The position numbers and the translations under genes are program-made. Source: a virus (lineage: Duplodnaviria > Caudoviricetes). From it: a DNA stretch of 27,452 nucleotides. The notes below the pieces were generated by a model, which had not been told where the DNA came from, did no database searches, and was given only the letters and a program-made list of their open reading frames with translations. Location of the stretch: the IMG/VR virus record IMGVR_UViG_3300005805_000373, positions 1 through 27,452 of that record; one strand, given 5' to 3'. Shown piece after piece: positions 13,780 through 23,458 of this stretch (positions within the stretch are counted from its first letter, which is position 1; each line of letters begins with the position of its first letter).

Positions 13780-15411
13780 ATGCCTGCACCAAATGCAGTA
13801 CAGCAAATACAAGAAGTTCCGCTAAAAATTGTTGGTGGCTCTAACTTTGGACGTTACCCAAAAATATCCCAAGAGCAAACCTGGAATTTTATTGTAAGTG
13901 ATGACTTTTTAGTGCCATACGCAGGCTACACCACTGCTCTGCAATTAAATAGCGAAAAAGTAGGTAGAGGTATTTACACGACCTTCAATGGCCAGCTAAT
14001 GGTAGCGGTTATCGGGAACGCTTTTTACAAAATAAGCAGCAACCCAGTCACAGGCCAATTAGAATCATTTGCCAGAGGAACACTGGATACTTTTGAAGGC
14101 GATGTTTATATTGCTGAAAACAACAACGCTCAAATCTGTGTGACGGATGGAGCATACATCTATGTTTACAATTGGAGTACTGACGGCCCAATAGCAAAAA
14201 TACCAAATGGCTTGGGAGCTAACGACTACGATTACACAACTTACAGCAACCCTGGGTACATTGCATTTCAAAACGGAAGATTTCTTTTAGCTTGTCAAAA
14301 TACTAACTACTGGATTTTGTCTGGCTTTAATAATGCTTTTAGCTGGCCAAAAGGCGCATCTAATCCGGAGCTAGTTGGTTCAATTCAAACTAAACCAACA
14401 CGGATGCAAGCAGCGGTACCAGTTCCAGGCGGTGGTAATAACTTGCTTGTCATGGGTACGAATGTTACTGAAAGTTGGCAGGATGTTGGCGCAGCATTAT
14501 TCCCTTATCAGAGAGGTACCACGTATAACGTTGACTATGGTTGTTTGAATGCATCTAGTGTTGCCGAGCTTGATAATTTAATTGTTTGGCTTGCAGTTAA
14601 TGAGCAGTCTGGGCCAGTTATCATGTATGCTACAGGCAGCCAGACTAAAATGATTTCAACGGATGGCATTGATTATGTTTTGTCTAATCTAACAAACCCC
14701 TCAAGCTGTACTGGGTTTTTGTTTAGACAAGATGGTCACATGATTTATCAGTTTACTTTTATTGATGACAATATTAGCTATGCTTACGATTTTAATACCG
14801 GATTGTTTTTTAATGTTTCCGATGAAAACTTAAATTATCACATAGCAAGACAGGTGGTATTTTTTAACAACGATTATTACTTTGTCTCACTAAAAGGCGG
14901 GGATGTGTACCGTTTTGGAACACAATATACTGATGCTAATTACACAGTTCGCGGCCCAAAAGAAATACCTCGTATTCGGATTACACCGCCGGTTCGATTA
15001 CCAACACAGCGTTATTTTATTGCTAAAAGTTTAGGCTTTACTATCGAAAATGGCCAAAAGAATATTAAGACCATAATACCTGTACAAACACCGTCACAGA
15101 GTCAAATTATTGCAACAGAAGCCTATGTTGATATTACAACAGAATTAGGCGTAGGTATTGGTATAGAAGCCACATTCTCCCAGACAACTAGTGTTGTAAA
15201 TTATTCTGAAGCTGTTGACTTAAGCATCTCTAGAGATGGTGGTGAGTCTTTTGGCTCTAGATGGCGTTTGAACATGAATCCTACCGGACACAGAAAGTCG
15301 CGGTTTATTTACCAAAGGTTGGGTATAGTAAATGATGCAACGTTTCAACTTCGATTTAGTGGCTTTGGGCGTTTTGTTTGCACTGATGGTGTATTGGAGA
15401 TATATCAATGA
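13780..15411 (+). CDS. Tail hub / DNA stabilization protein (P22 gp10-like beta-propeller)
   Basis: About 543 aa beta-rich; 'IAFQNGRF', 'TESWQDVG..FPYQR', 'DYGC', 'QDGHMIYQFTF', 'SRDGGESFG' as in gp10-type proteins; ATG 13780 follows GGGGTG SD. Confidence 0.85.
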   Translation: MPAPNAVQQIQEVPLKIVGGSNFGRYPKISQEQTWNFIVSDDFLVPYAGYTTALQLNSEKVGRGIYTTFNGQLMVAVIGNAFYKISSNPVTGQLESFARGTLDTFEGDVYIAENNNAQICVTDGAYIYVYNWSTDGPIAKIPNGLGANDYDYTTYSNPGYIAFQNGRFLLACQNTNYWILSGFNNAFSWPKGASNPELVGSIQTKPTRMQAAVPVPGGGNNLLVMGTNVTESWQDVGAALFPYQRGTTYNVDYGCLNASSVAELDNLIVWLAVNEQSGPVIMYATGSQTKMISTDGIDYVLSNLTNPSSCTGFLFRQDGHMIYQFTFIDDNISYAYDFNTGLFFNVSDENLNYHIARQVVFFNNDYYFVSLKGGDVYRFGTQYTDANYTVRGPKEIPRIRITPPVRLPTQRYFIAKSLGFTIENGQKNIKTIIPVQTPSQSQIIATEAYVDITTELGVGIGIEATFSQTTSVVNYSEAVDLSISRDGGESFGSRWRLNMNPTGHRKSRFIYQRLGIVNDATFQLRFSGFGRFVCTDGVLEIYQ

Positions 15412-15782
15412 CTACTGTTAGCGATAGAAATGTAACAAGAATACCTAACTTACACATGGGTAAAATGGTAGATGAGAAAGGCTATCCTACCGATGATGAA
15501 TCGACTTTCCGTCAAGTGTTAATAACCAATTTACAAAGATTGATGGGAAATGAAGGCTTAGTTATACCAAGCTTAAGTTATGCTGATATCGTCAAGGTCG
15601 TAACAAACACACAAACAATAGGCGGCATTACTCGCTATACTTGCGCATTTGGCACTCTTTTTTACAGCACAGGCTTGCCTCCGCCCAATGGGACAGAACC
15701 TAATGGCGGTAAAGTTTGGGCCGCAGTTGAAGACCCAGCTAATCCTGGCATACCATTATTAAAAGAAGTGCAATTAATTTAA
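15408..15782 (+). CDS. Small tail-associated protein (syntenic position of tail needle/plug)
   Basis: ATGA-coupled to the hub gene; function inferred from position only. Confidence 0.5.
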   Translation: MTTVSDRNVTRIPNLHMGKMVDEKGYPTDDESTFRQVLITNLQRLMGNEGLVIPSLSYADIVKVVTNTQTIGGITRYTCAFGTLFYSTGLPPPNGTEPNGGKVWAAVEDPANPGIPLLKEVQLI

Positions 15783-15791
15783 GGAAATATC

Positions 15792-16490
15792 ATGGCACAG
15801 AATCAAATGTCTAACGAAGCGTTAACCAAATTATTAAACATGTTCGGCATGGGAGCTGGTGCCGCTGGTATTGGTGGAGGCCTTTACAATTTATTTAGCG
15901 GTGGCTCAGGTATATCAAAAGAAGCCAATAAATATTTGAATCAAATACCTGGCGCTATGCAACCTTATTATCAGCCTTACATGGGCGCGGGTCAAAACGC
16001 TTTAGGTCAGCTCATGGGCCAATACGGACAACTAACCGGCTCGACAGGCGATGTTTACAATAGGTTAGCTGGTGGTTACCAACAAAGCCCCGGGTTCCAA
16101 TCTGCGCTTAAACAAGCTTTGGGCGCGGCAGGTAACCAAGCCGCAGCGGGCGGCATGACTGGAACGCCACAAGCACAATTACAAGCAGCAGACGTTGCAG
16201 GAACCTTGAGCCAAAAAGATTTTGGTGATTACATGGGTCGCATGATGGGTTTGTATGGCACTGGCTTGCAAGGTATGAGTGGCATCAATCAGATGGGTTA
16301 TGATGCAAGCACAGGTTACGGAAACATGCTTGGCAGTATACTTGGACAGCAGGGTCAATATGGCGCAATGGAAAGAGCCATGCAAAATCAACAACGCGGC
16401 CAAGGCATGGGGCAATTATTTGGTGGCTTAGGTACTTTGTTTGCCAATCCTTTAGGAAGTCTTTTTGGTTCAATCATGGGGGGTAAATAA
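15792..16490 (+). CDS. DNA ejection/pilot protein (P22 gp7-like)
   Basis: G/A/Q/M-rich, glycine-zipper termini, 'QPYMGAGQNALGQL' and 'QSPGFQ..L..A...AAAGG' motifs of first ejection proteins. Confidence 0.8.
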   Translation: MAQNQMSNEALTKLLNMFGMGAGAAGIGGGLYNLFSGGSGISKEANKYLNQIPGAMQPYYQPYMGAGQNALGQLMGQYGQLTGSTGDVYNRLAGGYQQSPGFQSALKQALGAAGNQAAAGGMTGTPQAQLQAADVAGTLSQKDFGDYMGRMMGLYGTGLQGMSGINQMGYDASTGYGNMLGSILGQQGQYGAMERAMQNQQRGQGMGQLFGGLGTLFANPLGSLFGSIMGGK

Positions 16491-18622
16491 TGGCAATAGG
16501 ATTTAATTTACCAGGCATACCAAGCCAAATTAGAGGCACCGCCGAAGAAGCAGGTGCCGTACCTGATTTGGGTCAAGCTATGATGCAAGGGTTTCGCAGT
16601 AATCTTGAAAACGTACAAGGCTATCCTAGACAGTTAGCTCAACAGTTATTATCTAACCAGCTGCGAAATAAAATACTTGGTGTACAAGAAAAGTATGCTG
16701 AGCCCATGGCAAAGACATCTTACGACCAAGCATTAGCTAATTTGCAACATCAAGGCATGGTTAATAAATTCTATCCTGAGTTAATGCGCTCACAATTATC
16801 TGGCGCTGGATTGTCGCAGGCGCATCAACGCATGGTAAATGACCAGTTAAAGCGTCAAATAGACCGTCAAAGAACTTATGATAAATTGCTTGAAGAATAT
16901 CGTAATCAGGGCTTACCTACACAACAAGCGCAGCAATTAGCAGCACAAGCGACCGCACAAGCTCACCCTGAACAACCAATGGAAAGTTTATCGCAATCTT
17001 TGTTGGGCGCAGAAATGCCAGATTACTTATCAAGCATGGCACCACAACAACAAGCTCCTTCCTATGCTGAAGCTTTAGGGCAAGCTGCTTATACACCAAT
17101 GCAGCAACCAGACATAGGATTAAGGTATACGCCATTTGAATTATCAAACAAATTAACTCAACAAGAAATTGCGCGTAAGTTACAAGAAGCTTCTCTTCCA
17201 GGAGGAAGCTTAACTTCTTTACAGTCTCCAGTACAAAGACAAGCGTATGATGCGTTATTTGGGGCACCTAGCCCAGAGGTTACTGCTAGTTTAGGGGCGC
17301 AAATGCCGTCAGAAGGCCAAGCACAAATTTATCAAGCGCCACCATTACCACAAGAAGCACCATCGTATTTACAAAGACCTGAAGAGCCAGCCATGGAGAT
17401 GCCAGTTGCACAGCCTGCCATGGAGCAGCCACAGCAACCACAATCTTACGCCCAGCAGTTACAACAAGCGGGCTTTAATACAGCCGGAGCTAATCCTGTT
17501 TATGCAGCAGAAGATAAACTGTATTTAGAGCGTCCTGATTTTAGACAAGAGCTAAAACAGCAGTTTCCAAACATCGGTGTTAAGCAGTTTAACGACTTTC
17601 CACGTAATCGCGTTATCACCACGGAAACATTACCAAGTGGCGCGACTAGAACAAGCATACAATCATTAGGTGGTACAGAAGGCGCTGGAGGAGCGCTATA
17701 TAAATCACAAGGGCTTTACAGTAAAAACTATGAAGACTTTAAACATTATATGGATATAGGTGATTTAGAAGGTGCCGCAGGTGCTAAAAAGTATATAGAC
17801 AGTATATTAAACAAAGACCAAGAATCACAAACGGCATTTGATAAGTCATACAAAGAGTGGGAAGACTCTGTGCAAGAGTTTGGCGCAGATTCACAAAAGG
17901 CAAAAGATTACAGGGCTAGAGTTAATTCTTTAATTCGCGGCAGTGTAATTAGGCAAGAACCGGCGCCACCAAAAGGCGCAACACCTGTCTACGACAAAGA
18001 GAATAACTACATTGGCTACAACCAGCCGTTATCAAAAGAACAGATAGAGGATAGGGTTGCACCTGTAGGGTTTAATGTTTTATATCCCTATGTTAGCGAA
18101 GGTGTAAAACCATATCAGGGTACATTGGCTGAAGTTAATGCGCAAATAGAAAACGATTTAAATACGCAAAAAACAAACCCGGCTGCTCAAGAAAGATTGT
18201 ATAAATTTTTGTTAGCAAAAAGACTCTTAACTGGCACATCAGCACGCGAAAGCAAAATGATTGATTCTCCAAAAGTGAAAAATATTTTTGGTGATATTAA
18301 ATCTGCATTAGGCGCAGAAAAACTACCATTAGAAAAATTTTTGCAATCAGCTGAAAAATTTGGTTATTATGAAAACCGCATTAGTCGAGAAATTAAAAAT
18401 AGAGCGCAAGATGATTTTGGTATTATTAACAATATGGCAACAACCAAAATACAAGAAGCTCGTGATGCCGCATCAAGAGAAAGGGAATTTGTGCCCGCTA
18501 GAGAGTATATGGATTTAAATACACGAATTACCAAGGGCGCTAAATCAGCTAAAACAAAAGCCAAAACAATTGAAATGAGGCCAAACGCAAAAGGCGAACT
18601 GGAGATGGTAAATAATGGCTAA
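16490..18622 (+). CDS. DNA ejection protein 2 (gp20-like by position)
   Basis: TAATG coupling; 710 aa, helical with a Q/P-rich disordered middle. Confidence 0.65.
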   Translation: MAIGFNLPGIPSQIRGTAEEAGAVPDLGQAMMQGFRSNLENVQGYPRQLAQQLLSNQLRNKILGVQEKYAEPMAKTSYDQALANLQHQGMVNKFYPELMRSQLSGAGLSQAHQRMVNDQLKRQIDRQRTYDKLLEEYRNQGLPTQQAQQLAAQATAQAHPEQPMESLSQSLLGAEMPDYLSSMAPQQQAPSYAEALGQAAYTPMQQPDIGLRYTPFELSNKLTQQEIARKLQEASLPGGSLTSLQSPVQRQAYDALFGAPSPEVTASLGAQMPSEGQAQIYQAPPLPQEAPSYLQRPEEPAMEMPVAQPAMEQPQQPQSYAQQLQQAGFNTAGANPVYAAEDKLYLERPDFRQELKQQFPNIGVKQFNDFPRNRVITTETLPSGATRTSIQSLGGTEGAGGALYKSQGLYSKNYEDFKHYMDIGDLEGAAGAKKYIDSILNKDQESQTAFDKSYKEWEDSVQEFGADSQKAKDYRARVNSLIRGSVIRQEPAPPKGATPVYDKENNYIGYNQPLSKEQIEDRVAPVGFNVLYPYVSEGVKPYQGTLAEVNAQIENDLNTQKTNPAAQERLYKFLLAKRLLTGTSARESKMIDSPKVKNIFGDIKSALGAEKLPLEKFLQSAEKFGYYENRISREIKNRAQDDFGIINNMATTKIQEARDAASREREFVPAREYMDLNTRITKGAKSAKTKAKTIEMRPNAKGELEMVNNG

Positions 18623-20786
18623 GACAATTACTTTTGAAATAGATGGGCAATCTTACAAAGTCCCTGAAGGTTACACAGAACTTGATGTAAGACGAGCGCT
18701 TGATAAGAAAAAACAGACGGCAAACATTTACGCTGGTTTAAGTAAGCCTTTAAAAATTACAAATCAAATATCCCAGGATGTGCAGCCTTCAGAATTAGGA
18801 GAATTTGGTTATGGCGCAAAAAGAAAATTAAGTGAAAGCTTAGGCGGACTTAAGGAGTTTGCGACCGGCAAACCAAGCCTACCCCTAGAGGCTAATTTAC
18901 CAACCACCTTTTTAGGGCAGGCTTTAAGAAGAGCAGGGAAAACTTTGGAAGGAATTGGTGAAACTGGGCTAGAATCTATGGCTGGTTTTAGGCTAGGCTC
19001 AAAATTTGGCCCTGTTGGGGCAACAGTTGGAGCAATAGGTTTGCCATTAATAGCTGGTTATTTAAAACAACCTGGAGAGCGTGTAAGTGGCGCTAGAGCG
19101 CTAGGTGCGGCGGAAGAGGCGGCTTCGAGTGCTTTTGGTGTTTTGGGAAAAAGAGGTTTAGAAATATACAAAGGATACAAAGCGGCAAAAGAAGCATTGC
19201 AACCTTTAGAAGAAAAGCAGACGGGGTTGGAGACAAAATTGTTAGAAGCTAAAAAATATTTGCAAAGCACAAAAGAAAACATACCCCCCGACCAACCAAG
19301 AACTTCTGAAAAATTGGCAAAACAACAATTGCAACAGCAAGAAAAATTACAAGAATTGAAAATTAAACAACAACAATTGCAAGAAAATATAAAAAAAGGC
19401 GAGCCATTTAAAAATGTACAATTTAAAGAAAAGGGGCCAAAAACTGTTGATTTAGATGAAATAATACAATCAGATTTGCCAGAATCAGTAAAGAGCGAAA
19501 TATTAGAGCAGCATAAAAATAAATTTATTAATGATGCGCAAAAGTCTTTTGACCCTGAGATTGATTACGGCAAACTTGCCGCTCAGGAACATAATAAAAT
19601 TTATAATAGAGTATCTGAGCAAGTTAGAGAAAAATATGATGATATTCTTGTAGATGAGCCTGAAAGCATACCTGCAACAAACACAGGTTATAGGAAATTT
19701 CGGGAAGTTGCTAAAAGCGTCGGGGAAGAAATTGCGCCATTACAAAGATTGTTTCCAGACAACGTAGAAGTATTAAATCAAGAAGAGCAAGAACTGGTTC
19801 CTGAATTACAAAATGCACAAAATTTAAGGGCTATACCCACAGATAAACTGTTGTCTTTTTACAAAACTTCTAAACAAATTGCATACAAACTTTCAAGCAA
19901 AGCATGGCAAGAAGCAAATGGTTTAACAGAAGTAGAGCGTGAAAATTTAAACAACGCATCAGCAAAATATAATTTGTTAACCAACAGATTGCGCGATGTT
20001 TTGAATGAGGTTAGTCCAAGCATCCTTGAAAAACTGGATGACGCTGACACCTATTTTGCAAACAATAAAGCACCTTTTTACAAAAGACCAGAACATTGGG
20101 AAGCACAAAAAGGCAGACTAGACAGTGATATTCTTAAATCAACACATGCCGACATTACAACAGCGCCAGAAGCAGGGTTTTTGCGTAATTTAATTAAAAA
20201 CAATGAAAACTATCGCCGCGCTGTATTGGGCAAGTTATTTGGAAGAAATTTAAATAAACTAGCCGAACAAGGAAAATTCGAGGAATATGCTGATTTTGTT
20301 AAGTCTGACCCACATGTAAAAACAATACATGACACACTAAATCAATTTGAGAAATTAAAGACACAAAGAAAATTGAGTGAGCCATTAGCGCAAACTACTC
20401 AAAAAAACATTAATAATTTATTAAAAGCAAAAAAAGAAATTAGTAGAAATCTTGCAAAAGATTTGGAACAAAAACTAAATGACATAGTAAAACTTGTAGA
20501 GTTAAAGCAAAAAGGAATTTCAATAGATACGGCTGAGTTAGTAAAAACACAAAAAGCTATAGATGATATTGACCAAAACATAGAAAAGTTAGAAAACTAT
20601 AAAAATAATTTGCTAGAAGCAGAAAAAAATGCGCAAAAAGCTGGTGAAGACGTGGAGGATATAAAATTAGAAATAAAAAAAACGCGTCTTGAGCTAGGAA
20701 AGTACAAACAAAAGTACTCAGGTATAAAAAAATTATCAAACAAAATACTTACAGCTGTAGCAGCAAAATTGTATTTATTTAAATAA
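18615..20786 (+). CDS. DNA ejection protein 3 (gp16-like by position)
   Basis: 723 aa; N-terminal 'FEIDGQSYKVPEG', hydrophobic Gly-zipper GSKFGPVGATVGAIGLPLIAG, long K/E/L coiled coils. Confidence 0.65.
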   Translation: MAKTITFEIDGQSYKVPEGYTELDVRRALDKKKQTANIYAGLSKPLKITNQISQDVQPSELGEFGYGAKRKLSESLGGLKEFATGKPSLPLEANLPTTFLGQALRRAGKTLEGIGETGLESMAGFRLGSKFGPVGATVGAIGLPLIAGYLKQPGERVSGARALGAAEEAASSAFGVLGKRGLEIYKGYKAAKEALQPLEEKQTGLETKLLEAKKYLQSTKENIPPDQPRTSEKLAKQQLQQQEKLQELKIKQQQLQENIKKGEPFKNVQFKEKGPKTVDLDEIIQSDLPESVKSEILEQHKNKFINDAQKSFDPEIDYGKLAAQEHNKIYNRVSEQVREKYDDILVDEPESIPATNTGYRKFREVAKSVGEEIAPLQRLFPDNVEVLNQEEQELVPELQNAQNLRAIPTDKLLSFYKTSKQIAYKLSSKAWQEANGLTEVERENLNNASAKYNLLTNRLRDVLNEVSPSILEKLDDADTYFANNKAPFYKRPEHWEAQKGRLDSDILKSTHADITTAPEAGFLRNLIKNNENYRRAVLGKLFGRNLNKLAEQGKFEEYADFVKSDPHVKTIHDTLNQFEKLKTQRKLSEPLAQTTQKNINNLLKAKKEISRNLAKDLEQKLNDIVKLVELKQKGISIDTAELVKTQKAIDDIDQNIEKLENYKNNLLEAEKNAQKAGEDVEDIKLEIKKTRLELGKYKQKYSGIKKLSNKILTAVAAKLYLFK

Positions 20787-20795
20787 CAAGGCTAA

Positions 20796-20824
20796 TTGTA
20801 TTGCTAACGAACTAATAGCATAAT
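20796..20824 (+). promoter_or_regulatory. Putative promoter for the tail/fibre block
   Basis: TTGTAT-17 bp-CATAAT in a 64-bp intergenic gap; AAGGA SD downstream. Confidence 0.55.
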
Positions 20825-20850
20825 GTTTTAAAGAAAAAAAAGGACTTAAT

Positions 20851-23064
20851 ATGGCGACACCAACACCCAATTCTTTGTACATTGCATGCTTTCCATTGCA
20901 AGAGTACTTTGTTAATAAAGACACTGGCTTTCCGTTGGCTGGAGGCTATGTTCAGTTCTTTAGCGACCCAGCATTTACGGTGCCTAAGGATGTATTTAAG
21001 CAATCACTCGTAAACAATACTTGGGACTACACTAACCTTGGTTCAACGTTAGTTTTATCAAGCGTTGGCACGTTCATAGACGATACTGGCGATGACATAA
21101 TACCTTTCCTTTACCCTTATGATGCTCAGGGAAACATTGAATATTATTTCATCAGAGTGTGGAGTGGCGACCCAAATGTGCAAGGCTCTGTGTTGCAATT
21201 TACAAGGCAAGGTTGGCCACCTAGTTTAACACAAGGTTCATCGCCTACTGATGTTTTCGAGTCATCATACAATTTATTTAGCAACCCACAGTTTTCTACA
21301 GTTAACTTTATAAATGATGTTGGGCAAACTTACCACGAGATTAATGTTAGCGGCAATGGCAGTATCGACGTAGCGCCCGGCTGGACATTGTCTTACGCTG
21401 GCTCAGGCAGCCTTAAGTTAAGTCAGCTAGAAATAACCACCAGTGAAACCACTAACCCTAGTTACGCTTTGCAAATTGAAAGCGCGGCAGGTGTGGCACC
21501 AATTAAACTTACGCAAAGATTAGCCTACTCACCAAGGGTTTTTGAAAACAATTACCTAAGCGTTGCTGTGTTAGCAAAATGTAACAGCGGCCAATCTGTT
21601 ACGGTTACCGTTGATTACATCACAAGCACATCTAATTCTAGACAAGTGCTGAGTGGGTTAACCTTAAACAATAACAAATTTTCTTTGCTTGCCGGTGTGA
21701 GTAACGCACCTGTATTGATTGACGTGACCAACACAAACCCACCAGCAACTGGTTTTGTAGACATGGTTATGACTGTGCAATCTGGTGTAATTATGCAATT
21801 GACCAGCGTGTTTGGATGCACAGTACAGAATCCATCATCTTTAGTTACAAACGTGCAAGAAACCAACGCCCAGCAAACAAACGCAAAGTTTTGGTATTAC
21901 AAGCCACAACTAGAGTACAAGCCTATTCCTAGTTACACACTGGGGTGGAACTGGCCAATCAATCCATGTCAAGAATTAGGAACAACTGTAACAGCCGTTT
22001 CTAATACACCAGGGTTTTCGCGCTATGTTGCCGACGAAACAATTGTGTTTCAAAATGTAGATAGTGCATTTGCATGTACTTTTGGTTCATCTGGAATGAT
22101 TGTAAATAATGCAGCAGACACTAGTTTTGCAATCATCAAGTATTTTGAAGGTGCAAGGGCGCAAACAATTTTAAGTACTCCATTGTGCGTACAATTAAAA
22201 GCCGGGGGCGCTGCGGCATCTGCTACTGATGTAATAGCAAACGTAAGTATTTATTGGACGGCGGATGCAACTTTACCTGACCTGAAGAGTTCAAATTTTT
22301 ATAGCCTTGTTAGTGCCGTTAATAATACAACAGGTGTTGCAACAGTTGGTGGCGGTGGTGTTCATGGCAACTGGACTGAATTACCGCGAGGAAACCTTGG
22401 CGCAGCCACTGCTAACTTAAAAACTGCAAATGTACCAACTTATAATTTTTCTGGCTGGCAGGAAGCTAACACCACACCAAGTAGCACAGCTAAATATTGT
22501 GCGATTGTAATAAGCGTTAGTAAGTTAACCGCTGGAACAACGTGCACCTTCGAGTATTGCACGTTAAATGCTGGCTACATACCAACAAGCCCGGCAGCAA
22601 CAAGCTTTGGCGAGAATTTGACAGCGCTGCAACAGTTTTATGAAAAAAGCTATAACTATAATGTTTTGCCCGGGACGGGTGGCGCTTCAGGACCAAGGAT
22701 TGCAAGTCAACAAGTTACAATTAATGTTGGCGCCACTAGGACTAACGCTATTTCATCAACTTTTAATACTACTTATACATCCAAACGCGCTAATCCAATT
22801 TTAACTTATTATTCTTCAAATAATGGCGCTGTTAATAACGGATATGGGGTTTTAGTATCAAATGGCTTGCCAACACTGGCAGGCAATTTAATAATCGGCA
22901 ATGGAGTGGTTGGAACATTATTTACTTTTGATATTGGTCAGAATCAGGCGGCTCTTAACGCAGCGCCCCCTCAAACATATCAATTTCAAACTGCGGTAAA
23001 TTTTGATTCATGTGCGTTTATTGCCTACCATTTTACCGCTAACGCCAGACTAGGTATTGTTTAA
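20851..23064 (+). CDS. Tailspike/tail protein with N-terminal virion-binding domain and carbohydrate-binding-like domains
   Basis: 'FVNKDTGFPLAGGYVQFF...KDVF' resembles P22-type head-binding domains; 'NLFSNPQF' CBM-like start; 'ALQQFYEKSY...PGT' and terminal 'YHFTANARL' motifs. Confidence 0.7.
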   Translation: MATPTPNSLYIACFPLQEYFVNKDTGFPLAGGYVQFFSDPAFTVPKDVFKQSLVNNTWDYTNLGSTLVLSSVGTFIDDTGDDIIPFLYPYDAQGNIEYYFIRVWSGDPNVQGSVLQFTRQGWPPSLTQGSSPTDVFESSYNLFSNPQFSTVNFINDVGQTYHEINVSGNGSIDVAPGWTLSYAGSGSLKLSQLEITTSETTNPSYALQIESAAGVAPIKLTQRLAYSPRVFENNYLSVAVLAKCNSGQSVTVTVDYITSTSNSRQVLSGLTLNNNKFSLLAGVSNAPVLIDVTNTNPPATGFVDMVMTVQSGVIMQLTSVFGCTVQNPSSLVTNVQETNAQQTNAKFWYYKPQLEYKPIPSYTLGWNWPINPCQELGTTVTAVSNTPGFSRYVADETIVFQNVDSAFACTFGSSGMIVNNAADTSFAIIKYFEGARAQTILSTPLCVQLKAGGAAASATDVIANVSIYWTADATLPDLKSSNFYSLVSAVNNTTGVATVGGGGVHGNWTELPRGNLGAATANLKTANVPTYNFSGWQEANTTPSSTAKYCAIVISVSKLTAGTTCTFEYCTLNAGYIPTSPAATSFGENLTALQQFYEKSYNYNVLPGTGGASGPRIASQQVTINVGATRTNAISSTFNTTYTSKRANPILTYYSSNNGAVNNGYGVLVSNGLPTLAGNLIIGNGVVGTLFTFDIGQNQAALNAAPPQTYQFQTAVNFDSCAFIAYHFTANARLGIV

Positions 23065-23078
23065 TATAAGGAATCGAC

Positions 23079-23447
23079 ATGTCTACAAAATATAATGTAA
23101 TAAGAGATATTAACGGAAGTGTCACAGGTATAAATGGCTACGGCATACAACCAAGCGCCGATATCCAGAACGGTTTATTAGCTGCAACTGTAGCACAAAG
23201 CATAACCGTACCCGACAATTATCCTAAATGGATTGCAATATTTAGTTACCAGTCTGGAAAAAACGTGTTTGTGGATGTCACTACAACCGCTGCTGTGCCT
23301 GCTGGTGCTTTTGCTTCTGCGTCATCATTGTTAAATCCACCGGCGTTACAAGTAAAAGCAGGTGATAGCATTAGTTTAATTACAAATGACACAGGTGGCG
23401 CTTTAGTATCAGTGCAATTCCAAGTGATACAAAACTACCAAAATTAG
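23079..23447 (+). CDS. Small beta-rich virion/tail accessory protein
   Basis: TAAGGA SD; 122 aa, alternating hydrophobic beta pattern; lies in the tail block. Confidence 0.6.
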   Translation: MSTKYNVIRDINGSVTGINGYGIQPSADIQNGLLAATVAQSITVPDNYPKWIAIFSYQSGKNVFVDVTTTAAVPAGAFASASSLLNPPALQVKAGDSISLITNDTGGALVSVQFQVIQNYQN

Positions 23448-23458
23448 GGCGGTGAGAC

